A DNA stretch of 62,998 nucleotides, filler included, from Phoronis australis (Eukaryota; Animalia; Phoronida): the NCBI GenBank assembly GCA_002633005.1. It is 7 parts of 7 records of this genome, joined end to end, with 100 filler letters (N's around TTAATTAATTAA, not from the genome) between each part and the next. Parts side by side here need not be neighbours in the genome. Positions count along the whole stretch, not along the records: positions 6,638 to 28,307 come from NMRA01001323.1; positions 28,408 to 52,723 come from NMRA01001360.1; 5 more parts are not named here. The stretch is one strand, 5' to 3'. Below are positions 26,191 through 38,832 of this stretch, piece by piece (within the stretch, counting starts at the first letter, position 1; the number at the start of each line of letters is the position of its first letter). Made by a program: the position numbers and the translations under genes. The notes beneath the pieces were generated by a model that had not been told where the DNA came from, ran no database searches, and worked only from the letters and a program-made list of their open reading frames with translations.

Positions 26191-29096
26191 GTGAAACTCG
26201 TCTGCCATTAGCGTCACCTAGTGAACGTCAGCCTCAACATTTCCTCCTCAAGATCCCGTGCTCATTTCGTGGTTGGAAACAATTAACTCGTCCATGTCAA
26301 AAACCATCGGTTGGTTTAGGCAACTTTTGTTTAAAAATTCGATCTCATCCTGTTCCTCGTATGGGTTATAACTGATTTGCTGACTTGAGAAGAAATGATA
26401 GGTTGTCGCTTCTTAAGACCTAGCTCATTAACTACTCACTTGTCACGGTGTAGGCACGTAATTAGCCATGTTTGACTAGGACGCACAAATCATGCCACGA
26501 AAACTGATGGTGACAAAGTTTTGACAATTAAGACGTGAATATCGCGATTCACTTTTTTACTATGAAATAGCATAAATAAGTGTCATTAACTGCGTGCTGA
26601 ACTCCAAATGAGCCTTAAAGTTTAAATTGACTGGAACCGATTTTTGTTTATATTATGTAAAAGCAGCGATGTAGAAATACTAGGCTAAAAAACTTAAAGT
26701 GGTAGTGTTCTGTCAAAAAGTTTCGAATTAGGGCATACTATTATGAAATTAGTCTCAAATTGTTCTTCAGTTAAATAAGAGGTGATTTCAGGCCTTCGAA
26801 GGACCGACAGTTTGTTATTGTTTAAGACCAAGCTCATAATATTTCAGGTCACGCCGTGACCTGAAATTTTTGGTTTGAAGAAATAATGGACTGTCAGTTC
26901 TTCTCAGATATAGAGATCACTTTTAAAATGAGCGCGGAACAAAAGAAGACTAGTTTTTATAACGGTAAGTGGCTTAAATCAAAACTAATTACAGGAAGGA
27001 TGGAGTAGTCACAATAAACAAACTTAAGACAATCGACCTCTTTTGTAGTGAGGTATTTGGCGACGTCTGCAGCCACTCAGTCGGGATCGATGCTTTTGTC
27101 CTTATAAATGTGTAATAGCGCTACTGATAACAACCGACTGTCATGGTGCTAAAACTCCGTTCCACAGCTTGAAAGAGGCTAACGGGCATCCCTCCAACGG
27201 TGTGTCTACAGCAAAACTTTAAAAGCCGCCTTCCGTCACAAAAACAACTATTTGATTTTTACCGTTGTAAAATTGAATTCAAGTTTTTCCAGTTCAGATT
27301 GATCGATACCAGGATCCACAAGTTGCGGTAAATGAACATTTAGTTTCTCCGACGGAACGCGGGTTTATGACGTCACGCCGTTCTGTAGACGTGATATATT
27401 ACTAGTCGTGATCGATGTCCATATGTCCCTGGTGCGCATTGATATTGATATAGTTTGAATAAAAATGGTGAAAAGTTTTGGAAAATTAATTTGCAGTGAA
27501 CACTAAGGTTTATTGCCTTCTGTCTATGACGCACGTGCGTATTTGCTTCTATGGTACAGCTAGCCACGTCCCTGTAGCCAGTTATTTTCTGACGCCAAGG
27601 CAGTATGCCCGTCCAGGGATTGATTTATTGTCACACAAAGGACAGGAACGCGATGGCGTAGTATCAAACAAAGTACCTGTTCAGGGATAGCATGTGTGCG
27701 TTCTGAAGACGGGGAAACATCGCGAAAACGCAAGATCACGCAAAACTTCGCGAGATGTTGCCACGCATTACAAGCAAAGCACGTGACCGCAGAAGCTTCC
27801 TTTGCGAGATTCTTGCATCTAAGGAACTCGGGTCAGGTATAGGAGGTTATAAGGTTATTAAATGATAATTGGCTCACAAAGTAATTTATTTTATAGCATG
27901 CTTGTTACATTTCCTGAAATGCGTGTCAAACCCATATAAAAATATGTTTGCACATCACATTTTCCATACGTAGGTGATTACAGCACCTTTAAATTCTTCA
28001 TATTTACAATTATCCAGTCCTTTAACCACTCAGGTACAGTAGTCTTGCGCCGTTAAATTCCCAAGTAAATATCCAAAGCTCATGGCGGGCCAACGCCGAG
28101 TGCGCGGGGCGTTCTTGCTTTCAATGTCGGGCCGTGCTGAGGTGCCGTTGTACACTGCCATACCATCACACAGTTATATTCAGCTGATCAGTAAGTAACA
28201 CACTAGACAGTATTTCCGTTAGTCAAATCTAGTGCACGCTGTGCTACCCCACGTGCGTTAGTTATTGCAATGTAGAGTTGACACAGGCGTGTTTCTCTAA
28301 TACTGTGNNNNNNNNNNNNNNNNNNNNNNNNNNNNNNNNNNNNNNNNNNNNTTAATTAATTAANNNNNNNNNNNNNNNNNNNNNNNNNNNNNNNNNNNNN
28401 NNNNNNNGGGATAATGACTGAGAACATGTAATAATCTATTTATACCACATACTGAACAAGAAACATGGCAATGAATCAATCTACCTTTCTCGACTCGCCT
28501 CGGCTTTGTAACTACTTTCTATGTCAGAGGCCCGGGGTCGGAGGTTGTGACCTTTTAAGAAAAACCGAGATATTTTTGTAAAATAATGCTTTTACTCAAA
28601 ACCAATTGAAAAATAAAACAAAATAGAACAACTGTTATAGCTTACTACACATTTTATCACGCTAAGCTTCAACCGGGAATATATCGTCTGCTAAAGTAGG
28701 TTACCACTAGTAACTGACTATAATGCTCAAGTCAAAGGATCCCGACCACACGACACCTGCATTCAAATTGGAGATCGGTGATTTACAAGTGAGAGAACAT
28801 GAGAGAAAAATTTCACTGAATTAAAATATCATTTTTATGGAAATTATGCGTCTTAGTTTTCATAACGTAGAAAATATATCTGAAACTAAATAAGGCGATC
28901 CAGATCCTCCCAAGGATACTATTGTTTCATGAAATGAAGAATATAAATCGGTAAATAAAACAACAAGAATGGATCAACTGAAATTTGAAATTTAGTTTTC
29001 ATAGCGTATAATTGTCGGTGCAATGCCCTTTGCTGAACATGCGATTGTTGCGTGTGTTCATTTAAGTATTTTATTTTCACGTTTGATGACGTCAGC

Positions 29097-29168
29097 CGCT
29101 GAGTGGTGTAGTGGTATAGTAGGCGACTCGCAACTGTTGAGGTCCGGGTTCGAATCCGGCCTCGCTTT
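29097..29168 (+). pseudogene. tRNA-like sequence (tRNA pseudogene or SINE head; apparent CGC anticodon)
   Basis: A box TGGTGTAGTGG and B box GGTTCGAATCC with an intact T-arm; anticodon and acceptor stems pair poorly. Confidence 0.6.
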
Positions 29169-29278
29169 CCCGCCAAAATGTTATCTCACAAGTGAGATAA
29201 CTTTATGGGTTATTACATGGTTGTATCTGCCATTCAAGGCTAATATTGTGGTATAAGTAGATTTATTCTAATTTAATT

Positions 29279-29947
29279 TATTATGCGCCCACATATTTAT
29301 ATGTGGTCGCATATTGCTGTCATCTCTGTCTGGCATCCGCGGCTGTATCTCCTAAACCTCTTGCAGGATTGTATTGAAATTTGGCAAGTGTTTTCCTATG
29401 GTGTCTACGACAGAAGGCGACGAGTTTCGGACCATCCTGTGTACCGGTGTGCCCCCAAGTGGCAATTTTAGTTTTTTACATTCGCCTCTGTATCTTCAAA
29501 TGGCTTCAACGGATTTTCATGAAATTCGGTACATAGGTATCTATTAATGAGTTGATGCTATCCTCCGGTTTTCGGATTGCTTCGATGGATTTTGCACCAT
29601 CTAGTGGCCATTTTTACTATTTGCGAGTCGTTTTTTTTGGCGTCCTTCCCTCTAACAACCAAAACACTCTAAGGATGGTTGTGAAAATTGGCATGTATGG
29701 TCTTACCATGAAGAAGACAGTTGACAATGATTTTTCGATGATTTCAACTACTGTGGTGCCACCTAGTGGCAGTTTTGTTTGTTTCTGCACCCATGGCTGT
29801 ATCTCCTAAATGCTCTACAGGATCTTTATTAAATTTAGCAAATGTATTTATATAGAGTTGAAAACAGACGACTACGACTTTCGGACAGATTGGTCTACCG
29901 GTGTGCTCCCTAGTGGCAATTTTAGTTTTGTATGTTTATCGCTGTAT
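29279..29947 (+). mobile_element. HINE (non-autonomous Helentron/Helitron2), 3'-truncated copy
   Basis: 5' TTATGCGCCCACAT...ATGTGGTCGCAT subterminal inverted repeat and core repeats homologous to 39803-41223. Confidence 0.75.
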
Positions 29948-30094
29948 TAGACCGGCAGCCCAGAGCACTTAGCATAGATAAACGAGGTACCAACATCTGA
30001 CTACAAGAGCATTTTGAGTCCACCTCAGTATGTACAGAAATGGACGTCTGCCGTTGTCTGCACTCTGGGTGTGACCCCTAGGGGCGTTACAAAG

Positions 30095-30940
30095 GGCCCA
30101 AAAAATGAGCTAGTATAGGTATTCGAGATACCAACCAAAACTGATTTAAAACGAACAATAGTACCGCACTGAACACTCAATGACGCATGACAGACAAATT
30201 GTAATCTGGAATGGGTCCGGCAGAAACCAAAAAAGGACCCCCCAAAAATGAGCTAGCACATACATTCGAGGTACCACACAAAACCAATTGCATATGATTC
30301 AATATATGTCACAGATCACTAAATGCCTTATGGCAGACAAATTACACTCTGGATTGTGCCCGGCAGAAACCCCCAAAAATCTCAACCATAGTATGCCATC
30401 AAAAATTTGAGTTAGACTAGATTTTCGAGGTACCGGCCAAAACTGATTTTAAACGAACAAAAGTACCTCTCTGAACACCAAATGACCCATGACAGACAAA
30501 TTGCACTCTGGAATGGGTCTGGCAGAAACCAAAAAGGACCCCCCCCAAAAGAAATGAGCCAGCACATACATTCGAGGTACCTCACAAAATCAATTTTATG
30601 AGGTTCAATACGACATGTCACAGGTCACTAAATGCCCTATGACAGACAAAATACACTCTGGATTCGGTGCCTGGTAGAAACCCTAAAAAATCTCAAACAC
30701 AGTATCTGCTATCGAAACTTTGAGGTACATTAGATACCTGAGGTACCGGCTAAAACTGACTTAAAACCAATAATCCACCAGATGACCCATGACAGACAAC
30801 AAATTGTGTTCTGGAATGCGTCGCAAGAAACTCAGTTACACCGTAAAAGGAGCTAGGTCATCATTCGGGGTACCACAATAAACATTTCCATGTGATTCAA
30901 ATACAGTGTAGATGTTACTGGTTACTAAATACCCCATGAC
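30095..30940. repeat. Tandem repeat of ~300-315 bp, about 2.7 copies, each made of two related subunits with a TTCGAGGTACC core
   Basis: Unit starts near 30108, 30409 and 30722. Confidence 0.85.
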
Positions 30941-31338
30941 CGTTAAAGGAGAATGCCACCCCCTGATAACTTTGGGATACCAGGATCTGTCTAAAACCAA
31001 CCCACTCAATGAAGTTTAAGAACGCAGATTGTGTAAAGTATAAAACGCCATCAAAACTGCCAACAGAAAGGATACGTCAGCGACAACATATGGCCCGTAA
31101 ATTAGTGCCCGAGGAACCACGAAAATTATTTCCAAAGAGCCCTTTCATTCCATTGACTACTAAACAATACGTTGAAAGAAAAGTAACAGACATGTTTTTA
31201 AAAAACCTTCTTTAATCAAAATAAACTACATGAAATAGAGCAACACTTTTGTAACAGATAATTAAAATCACTGTATCAACGGGAACATCAAGCTACTACA
31301 TGTATATGTTTAATGTCAACAGTAGTTTCCTGTTAGTT

Positions 31339-31699
31339 TTAATACATTTCAATATCAGATTCGTCACTGCTACTCCAGCTTGATTTGGGCTTGCTTGTTT
31401 CGTCATAGCCCATTTCCTCTACCTGTTAATCGGCTTGGTTGTCTTGTAAAAGACCAGCACCTTCAAAAGGGACATCAGGAATGGCAGATCCGCAAAACCA
31501 TTCAGGAGTGTAGTATCCGTTTTGTACCTTCCAACCGTAGGTAAGAGGATCCGAACCGTTTCCCGGCCGGATTGGCGGAATCCACTTGACCCCAGAGCAA
31601 GGCAACTTAATGGGCTCACTTGAACTTGTTCAATAGTGTCTTTCGCCAAGGAGGAAGCAATGCGCAGTCAATGTTCTTGATGTTGGACATCGGCTTTTT
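31339..31699 (-). pseudogene. Decayed C-terminal exon of an Academ(X)-like transposase (KNIDCALLPPWRKTLLNKFK*AH*VALLW...DPLTYGWKVQNGYYTPEWFCGSAIPD...WSSSDESDIE)
   Basis: tatttcag acceptor. The LPP...W...DP..GW...P.WF.G...P pattern is recalled from this transposase class. Contains in-frame stops and frameshifts. Confidence 0.6.
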
Positions 31700-31800
31700 C
31701 TGAAATAAATAGTGAGAAAATTTTATTGACTAGGGATCAGTTGTCCAAAAGCTGACGAACAAAAACATAAAACCTCACCACCATTTCCTGTTTTTTTAAG

Positions 31801-34749
31801 TACCGTAATCGTTCGGGTTAACGCCCTGGGCGGTTAAANTTAAACGTGAAATTTCAAGAATTCGGGGGGGGGGCGGTTAACTGAACATGGGCGCTTATTA
31901 CGACAGGCAACCGCCCTGGGCGGTTAATCTTACCTTATGATCTGAGTCACCACACGTACTAAGCCACATACTGGGATCGCCTAACACTTTGAAAAGAACT
32001 TTATCGCCAGCAAGTGCGTACTCTGCGCACTCTAATTAACAAATAGTTTCGAAAATGTAGAGTGTGGTCAAACTCCGAACGCTTGCATAGAAAGTTTGCT
32101 GCATAATATGGCGCCTCAGGTGAGACCGATTATTGCGACTTATGCTCATTATTTCACTATACTTCGCAGACGTTGAACATGTTCACTTGCGTAGCAGACA
32201 GTAGCTGTGCTGTCGTTTTAACCCTGTTGTGGTCACGTGCTGACCCATTTTTCCTGTTTGATCAGTGCACTCCCATAATAAACAACTTAACTGACGGTCA
32301 CGTAGACAAGGACTACCAGCAGTTCCGAATTTCAGTTCAAAATTATTTCGAGATAATAGAATGTACTCCTGGTCTGAATGGTCAAAAAGCATAAAAATGT
32401 ATAATCAATCACAAAATCGGGTTCAACTATTCAGNTGAAAAGAACTTTATCGCCACCAAGTGCATACTCTGCGCACTCTAATTAACAAATAGTTTCGAAA
32501 ATGTAGAGTGTAGTCAAACTCCGAACGCTTGCATAGAAAGTTTGCTACATAATGTGGCGCCTCAGGTGAGACCGATTATTGCGAATTATGCTCATTATTT
32601 CACTATACTTCGCAGATGTTGAACATGTTCACCTGCGTAGCAGACGGTAGCTGTGCTGTCGTTTTAACCCTGTTGTGGTCACGTGCTGACCCATTTTTCC
32701 TGTTTGATCAGTGCACTCCCATAATAAACAACTTAACTGACGGTCACGTAGACAAGGACTACCAGCAGTTCCGAATTTCAGTTCAAAATCAGTTCGAGAT
32801 AACAGAATGTACTCCTGGTCTGAATGGTCAAAAAGCATAAAAATGTATAATCAATCACGAAATCGGGTTCAACTATTCATTTGCCATGCACTGTCGACTC
32901 GCCTGTTTATGTTGCCGGTATGTGGAGTTGACATGTACGGTACTCTGGCCTTTCAATGGCTAAATACAATAACAAACTTTTTGTTAACAAACTCTACATT
33001 CGAAAAATTGCCACCAAATTACATTGCAAAACACAAACACGAGTTTCTGTCTACACTCGCGTTTTTACTGGTCGACTTAGCAAACAAGAAGTCGGNACGG
33101 TAGCTGTGCTGTCGTTTTAACCCAGTTGTGGTCACGTGCTGACCCATTTTTCCTGTGATCAGTGCACTCCCACTAATAAACAACTTAACTGACGGTCACG
33201 TAGACAAGGACTACCAGCAGTTCCGAATTTCAGTTCAAAATCATTTCGAGATAACAGAATGTACTCCCGGTCTGAATGGTCAAAAAGCATAAAAATGTAT
33301 AATCAATCACGAAATCGGGTTCAACTATTCAGCTGCCATGCACTGTCGATTCGCCTGTTTATGTTGCCGGTATGTCATGTACGGTACTCTGGCCTTTCAA
33401 TGGCTAAATACAATAACAAACTTTTTGTTAACAAACTCTACATTCAAAAAATTGCCACCAAGTTACATTGCAAAACACAAACACGAGTTTCTGTCTACAC
33501 TCGCGTTTTTACTGGTCGACTTAGAAAACAAGAAGTCGGCCGATTCCAGTGTCGACCTTGAACAACCGTCGTTGCGGTTTTCGTTTCGACTGCGAGACGC
33601 AGCTTTTGTTAGCAAATGAAACCATCTATTCTCGGTAAAAATAATTCTTAGACGAAGCCTGAATTGTTCGGGTAAGTAACCCCGGTTTACTATATGCGAC
33701 GAAATTACCGTGACGAGAGTACTCGAAAGACGGGGATCNCATTCGAAAAATTGCCACCAAGTTACATTGCAAAACACAAACACGAGTTTCTGTCTACACT
33801 CGCGTTTTTACTGGTGGACTTAGCAAACAAGAAGTCGGCCGATTCCAGTGTCGACCTTGAACAACCGTCGTTGCGGTTTTCGTTTCGACTGCGAGACGCA
33901 GCTTTTGTTAGCAAATGAAACCATCTATTGTCTGACGAGCGTACTCGAAAGACAGGGATCTCTATAACCCGGCAATTACACTCTCCAAAATATAAAGAAT
34001 TTATCAACTTTTCGCGGTTTATGGGAATTCTTCAAAATCCCGAGAGTTTACAACCTAAAGCGCATTGAGAGGGTTGGCAAAAGCAATGTCACATTTCTCT
34101 GACCTGGTTATTTCGAATGCATCTTTTATGTAGTGCACTGTAGTCGATAACTCAGTGCGGCAGATTGTGGCTGAAAGTGGAGGTGTAGACGCCAGCGCGG
34201 TTCCTAAAGTTTGCGAACATGAGAAGAAAAGAAAGTGACAAAGTGTTCAAGTATTACATTTTGAAGTTAATCGATGACCCGATACAATAATTTGTTACTG
34301 GTATCATAATTCACATTGCTAAACCGCGGTCTCTGAGGCTGGCGTTGCACTCAATGTTATCATCGATCTTAATCTAAAAGGTCGGGGATTCGCGTTTCNT
34401 CAAGTATTACATTTTGAAGTTAATCGATGACCCGTTACAATAATTTGTTACTGGTATCATAATTCACATTGCTAAGCCGCGGTCTCTGAGGCCGTCGTTG
34501 CACTCAATGTTATCATCGATCTTAATCTAAAAGGTCGGGGATTCGCGTTTCCTATTAGCACAGGGCGGTAATCACCAATCGTCAAAAGTAGGGGATGGGC
34601 GCTTAACCGAGAGGTGGGCGCATAATTGGAAATCTTCAAAAATAGCAGGGGGGCGGCTAACCGAGCAGTGGGCGGTTAAATCGAAAATCCACCTAAAGTA
34701 GGGGTGGGCGGTTAACTGAGCATGGGCGTTAACCCGAACGATTACGGTA
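31801..34749 (+). mobile_element. Non-autonomous TIR DNA transposon with TA target site (Tc1/mariner-pogo type); interior duplicated at single-N joins
   Basis: Perfect 24-bp TIRs CCGTAATCGTTCGGGTTAACGCCC (31803-31826; 34724-34747) flanked by TA, plus subterminal GGGCG(C/G)TTAA repeats. Confidence 0.85.
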
Positions 34750-35120
34750 CAATTGTGTAATATGCCTTCCTGTATTCATGCAGTATTAAACACAACTTTA
34801 TGATTTGCTCTTTCACTTTGTATCGGGTTCTTTCACGCTTTTGAAGTAGATCTTTCTGTGTGAGAGTATGTAATAGTCTTTGCATGGTAAATAGACCCCA
34901 ACACTTGCGACAAGTGAATTCAAATGAAATTACATTTCATTGAACTTTGTCTTCAGTGTTTGCAGTCGATCCATAAATAGTAATGTCAGGAACACCAAAG
35001 CAAATACCGTGTATAAATATTGCCTATGCCTAGCTAACAAGCTTTTCAGAAACAGAGCTCTGTGTGCAGTGATGACAGATACACAAAACTCACAATGCAT
35101 TTCTCTCCTTAGAAACATAC

Positions 35121-35286
35121 CAGTAGTTCACCCCTGTGGACAGCTTCCCTCTTGTAATCTTCCAGTGATCCCAGGATGCTATAGGGCAACACCTTGCCAT
35201 CTGGTCCAAACCTGGGTCCACAGCCCCCGGACAAGTCCACTGGCTTGAGAGGTGCATTGGGTGGAGCAGGTTTGGCAACTGTAAAC
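35121..35286 (-). CDS. MYCBPAP: Isolated exon similar to MYCBP-associated protein (FTVAKPAPPNAPLKPVDLSGGCGPRFGPDGKVLPYSILGSLEDYKREAVHRGELL)
   Basis: ttctttgcag acceptor, gtatgt donor, open frame. The LPxSILGSLEDxKRxAxxRG motif is recalled from MYCBPAP. No partner exons were found. Confidence 0.75.
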
Positions 35287-35584
35287 CTGCAAAGAACAAA
35301 TGAGAGCAGTTGCTGAAAACATTTCCAAGGATTTGACTTGTGGAGGATGCTTGAGAAACTTAAGGTAAATTACAAAAAATCCGGACAAATGAATTTACAA
35401 TGTGAAAACCCACAAAACCCTTGAATCTGTCTATATGCCCCTCAATTTTTGTATCCATTAAGGAACTTCAAAACTTGGAAGCATCTGCGGTCAGTTCACA
35501 TGAACACATCTGTCAAATGTCATTTGAGGTTTAGGAGATACAGCAATAGATAGTAGACACTGGACTTCCAGACAGATATCACAA

Positions 35585-35647
35585 CAATATGCGCCCGACA
35601 ATATGCGCCCGACAATATGCGCCCGACAATATGCGCCCGACAATATG
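35585..35647. repeat. 14-bp tandem repeat CAATATGCGCCCGA, about 4.5 copies, ending at a single-N join
   Basis: Directly visible. Confidence 0.9.
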
Positions 35648-35648
35648 N

Positions 35649-35970
35649 TGACCCAAGACAATAACTCGTTACTTGTATAATTGCAATTCACATTGCTAAA
35701 CCACCGTCTCGGAGGCCCGGCGTCTTTGCGCTCATTGTGATCATCGATCTTTTTCTAAAAGTCGGGGAATCGCGCGTTTCCTTAGCACTGGGCGCTAAAT
35801 CTTTAAAAGTCGGGGATGGGCGCTTAACCGAGAGGTGGGCGCTTAACTGGAAATCTTCAAAAATCGCAGGGGGCGCTTAACCGAGCAGTGGGCGGTTAAA
35901 TCGAAAATCCACCTAAAGTAGGGGGTGGGTGGTTAACTGAGCATGGGCGTTAACCCGAACGTTTACGGTA
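35649..35970 (+). mobile_element. Right end of the TA-flanked TIR family (variant subfamily)
   Basis: Ends GGGCGTTAACCCGAACGTTTACGG-TA and is homologous to about 34420-34749. Confidence 0.9.
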
Positions 35971-37010
35971 ATAACATGCAGAGCTCAGTGACCCCACAGC
36001 TATGGTGATGACTAATGATTCTTAAACATTTTTTTCAAATGAAATTTGATCATGTTGTCCATACTGTTGTTTTGCTATGAATGTACCTTCCTGATCACAT
36101 GACCCAATTAACAACAAAGTGTTAAAAAGTCAAATTCTACAGGCTTTCCACTTTCGGAATACTTTTATTGACTGCATTAAAATCTATAGTTATGTAGACA
36201 TCTGGCTAAGTACCATACATCCACTTGTTGATAAAGTCTGGCTGTTATTAGCTTAGTTTGACATACTGTTTGCATGTCTAAGGAACACTGCTGTAGGTAA
36301 AATCCAGCGTTATTAGCTTTGTTTGACATACTGCTTACATGTTTAAGGAACAGTGCTGTGGGTAAAGTTTCTATAACTTGTAGCAACATATTCGGCCTTT
36401 GTACTCACAAAAATGATAATAATGATTATTTTTGTGCAAAATATTTGAAGAATTGCCACACATTCTGATATTGGTGTCCATACAGTTGAGTGCTCCTTTT
36501 GATTGGTCCATCATGAACGATCATTGATTTATGCCTCCCTTCATGACTAAACCACAACTGTTACATTGGAATGTCAATTCTGACAATTTATTGATTTTCC
36601 ATCAAAGCATGTTCAACAAACTGTTGACACTGAAGATGTTTTTCATAGTGAGATGAGGATTTACCTGTGCAAGAAATTGTTTTGTTAACAACCACACTTT
36701 GTGGCAGTCACAGATCATGACCAGATACTGTATATGTAGCTCCACATCTGTATAATTATGTAGCTCCTAATGTCCTCATAGCCTTTGACATTTCATGGAC
36801 TACTCGTTTCTAAAAGAGAAATGATACTGATCTTGAGTTGCCAACATTTTGTGGAATTTAGTAACTGCACCCTGTCTTCATTTAATGTCAACTTAGAGGG
36901 CCCAAGTCTTAGATCATGTTTCCCATCATTTGTTTGATTTTGATAGCATTATCAAGTTTGAGAACCAGATACAATCTTATGTTGTGTGATGACACCTGTG
37001 ACATCTGTCC

Positions 37011-37157
37011 TGCATACAACTGTATGTAGAATGCATACAAGTGTATGTAGAATTCATACAACTGTATGTAGAATGCATACAACTGTATGTAGAATGCATA
37101 CAACTGTATGTAGAATGCATACAACTGTATGTAGAATGCATACAACTGTATGTAGAA
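37011..37157. repeat. 21-bp minisatellite, 7 copies (TGCATACAACTGTATGTAGAA)
   Basis: Directly visible; explains the repetitive ORFs at 36909-37229. Confidence 0.97.
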
Positions 37158-38832
37158 CCCTAGAAAAAATGACAAAACTTGACTAAGTTTGCAGCACAAG
37201 GTCTGTTCATGATCAAGTTCTTTTATCATTTAATAACTAATTTATGACATTTCTCCAAATATTTTGAACACATCCAATCAAATATTTTTATGCGCCCAAA
37301 TGTTTATGTGTAGGTCCATATTACCCAGATTGGCAACTGGCCATTTTTACACTGCTAGTGCCAGGATATAATAGCTGACTAGCTTCATAAAAACTAACCC
37401 AAAATACTTGGCCACACGGCGTTAAAAATCTTCCGATCACGGCCAAGTTTTCTTACTATCAAAGTCAAATTTGAAACCGTGAGAATGCCAAGCGTGTGTA
37501 AGAGAACAATTTATTTTAAATTTCTCGGCTGAGGGATATGCATTATGTATATCAGATTTAGGCCTGGGAGGGAAATAGAAACGGTTCGAAATAATGGAGG
37601 GGAGTGGGGATGATCTTTTTGTGAGCAAATAATTACACGGTGTGGGGATACTACAAAATGCCAACAAGTGGCTGGTTTTTGATCAGGGGGTCTTCAGATC
37701 ACTGAGGGAGGAATAGCGTGCGTGAGAAAAGAATATTTATACGTTGGCAATCCCAAGTGATGCACAGGAAAGGAACTAAGTCTGTGTTCTTTGCTTTTCA
37801 CATTACAGTGTTCTCCCGTTGAGTCCAATTAACTTGTTTGGTTGTATAGCACAAAAACAAGTTGGGCGGATGACGGCTGTAGCCAATATCTTACACTGAC
37901 GACTCATTACCATTTAGGGTTGGAGGGTCACTGACCAGGTCAGCTCTCTTTTGCTCGATAATTGCAAAAATTACGTACCACCTAAGTAAGCGGCACGTCT
38001 TCTGGATATACTGTATTTGCTTCGAGTGACACGAATTGAATAATAAATTTGCATCATTTTACGGGTTTCTCTTTAAAAAAATGAAAAAAATAGATCGCTA
38101 GCAGTGGATTAACAAGCGTACAGCCGCACAGGCCACTCGAGAATTTGCCAGTGGTTGATATATTTTATTAGTTTGATATTTTCCCTCTCGACTGACTCTT
38201 AAAAAAACGTATATAAGTGCTGCATCACGTTTTTTTACGTTACTGAAAAACACCACTCCCACGCCTCTTTATCTGTTAGATATCGCGCTTTGAAAAGGGC
38301 AATTTGCCCCGTTTGTTTACACGGGGATTATCCATGTCGCGTGACTAAAAATGCTCCAATATGGCATCAAGTTGTCAGCTGCAGTAGCGCGTGTACCCAG
38401 TCTATATTAAGATGTCTATTGTTCTGACAGTTTGCTATCTCATCAGACTAAGCTCATAAAATTTCAGGCCTCACCTTTGGGTTGTTTTTGGGTGTTACGC
38501 CAGTCATTTGCTGTTGAGTTTTGTCCTACAGTAGATGCTATCTCAATACCTTATACTATGTGCACAGTTGAATGACAAATTTAAAGCTTTTCAGAAATTT
38601 TGCTCCCAACCAAACTCGAGCAATGTTGGTCTGCCTTTGTCTTCGGTTGGAAGTCGGACAAAAATATTCGTTGGAGTAAGTGATATACAGTTACTGTTGT
38701 AGTAAGATTTATAGGAATAGTGAATATGAAGCCCCAATGGTCATTCTGGTTGAGGTTTACTTTGAATTCAGTTAAAAACAATCTAATAGTTAAGTGGACG
38801 TTTTGGAGCTCACTTTGTGTGTGTTAGTAGAA

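Larger units (their letters stand above)
29948..31750 (-). mobile_element. Academ-like DNA transposon remnant (terminus, subterminal tandem repeats and decayed 3' exon)
   Basis: HINE homology stops at TAGACCGGCAGCCCAGA, which resembles TAGTCGGTGGGCCAGA at 49911. Tandem repeats and a transposase-like pseudo-exon follow. Confidence 0.5.

Noticed and set aside
22954-27992. Several TTAAAG starts (near 22955, 24477, 26694, 27988) as paired Kolobok ends
   Set aside because: They could not be paired into convincing TIRs by eye, and the motif is frequent in AT-rich DNA.
31990-34560. Apparent tandem gene family or internal multi-copy cassette (ORFs of 69-106 aa)
   Set aside because: The duplications break at single-N joins (32435, 33096, 33739, 34399), consistent with merged overlapping contigs. 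The ORFs are frameshifted between copies and show no domain.
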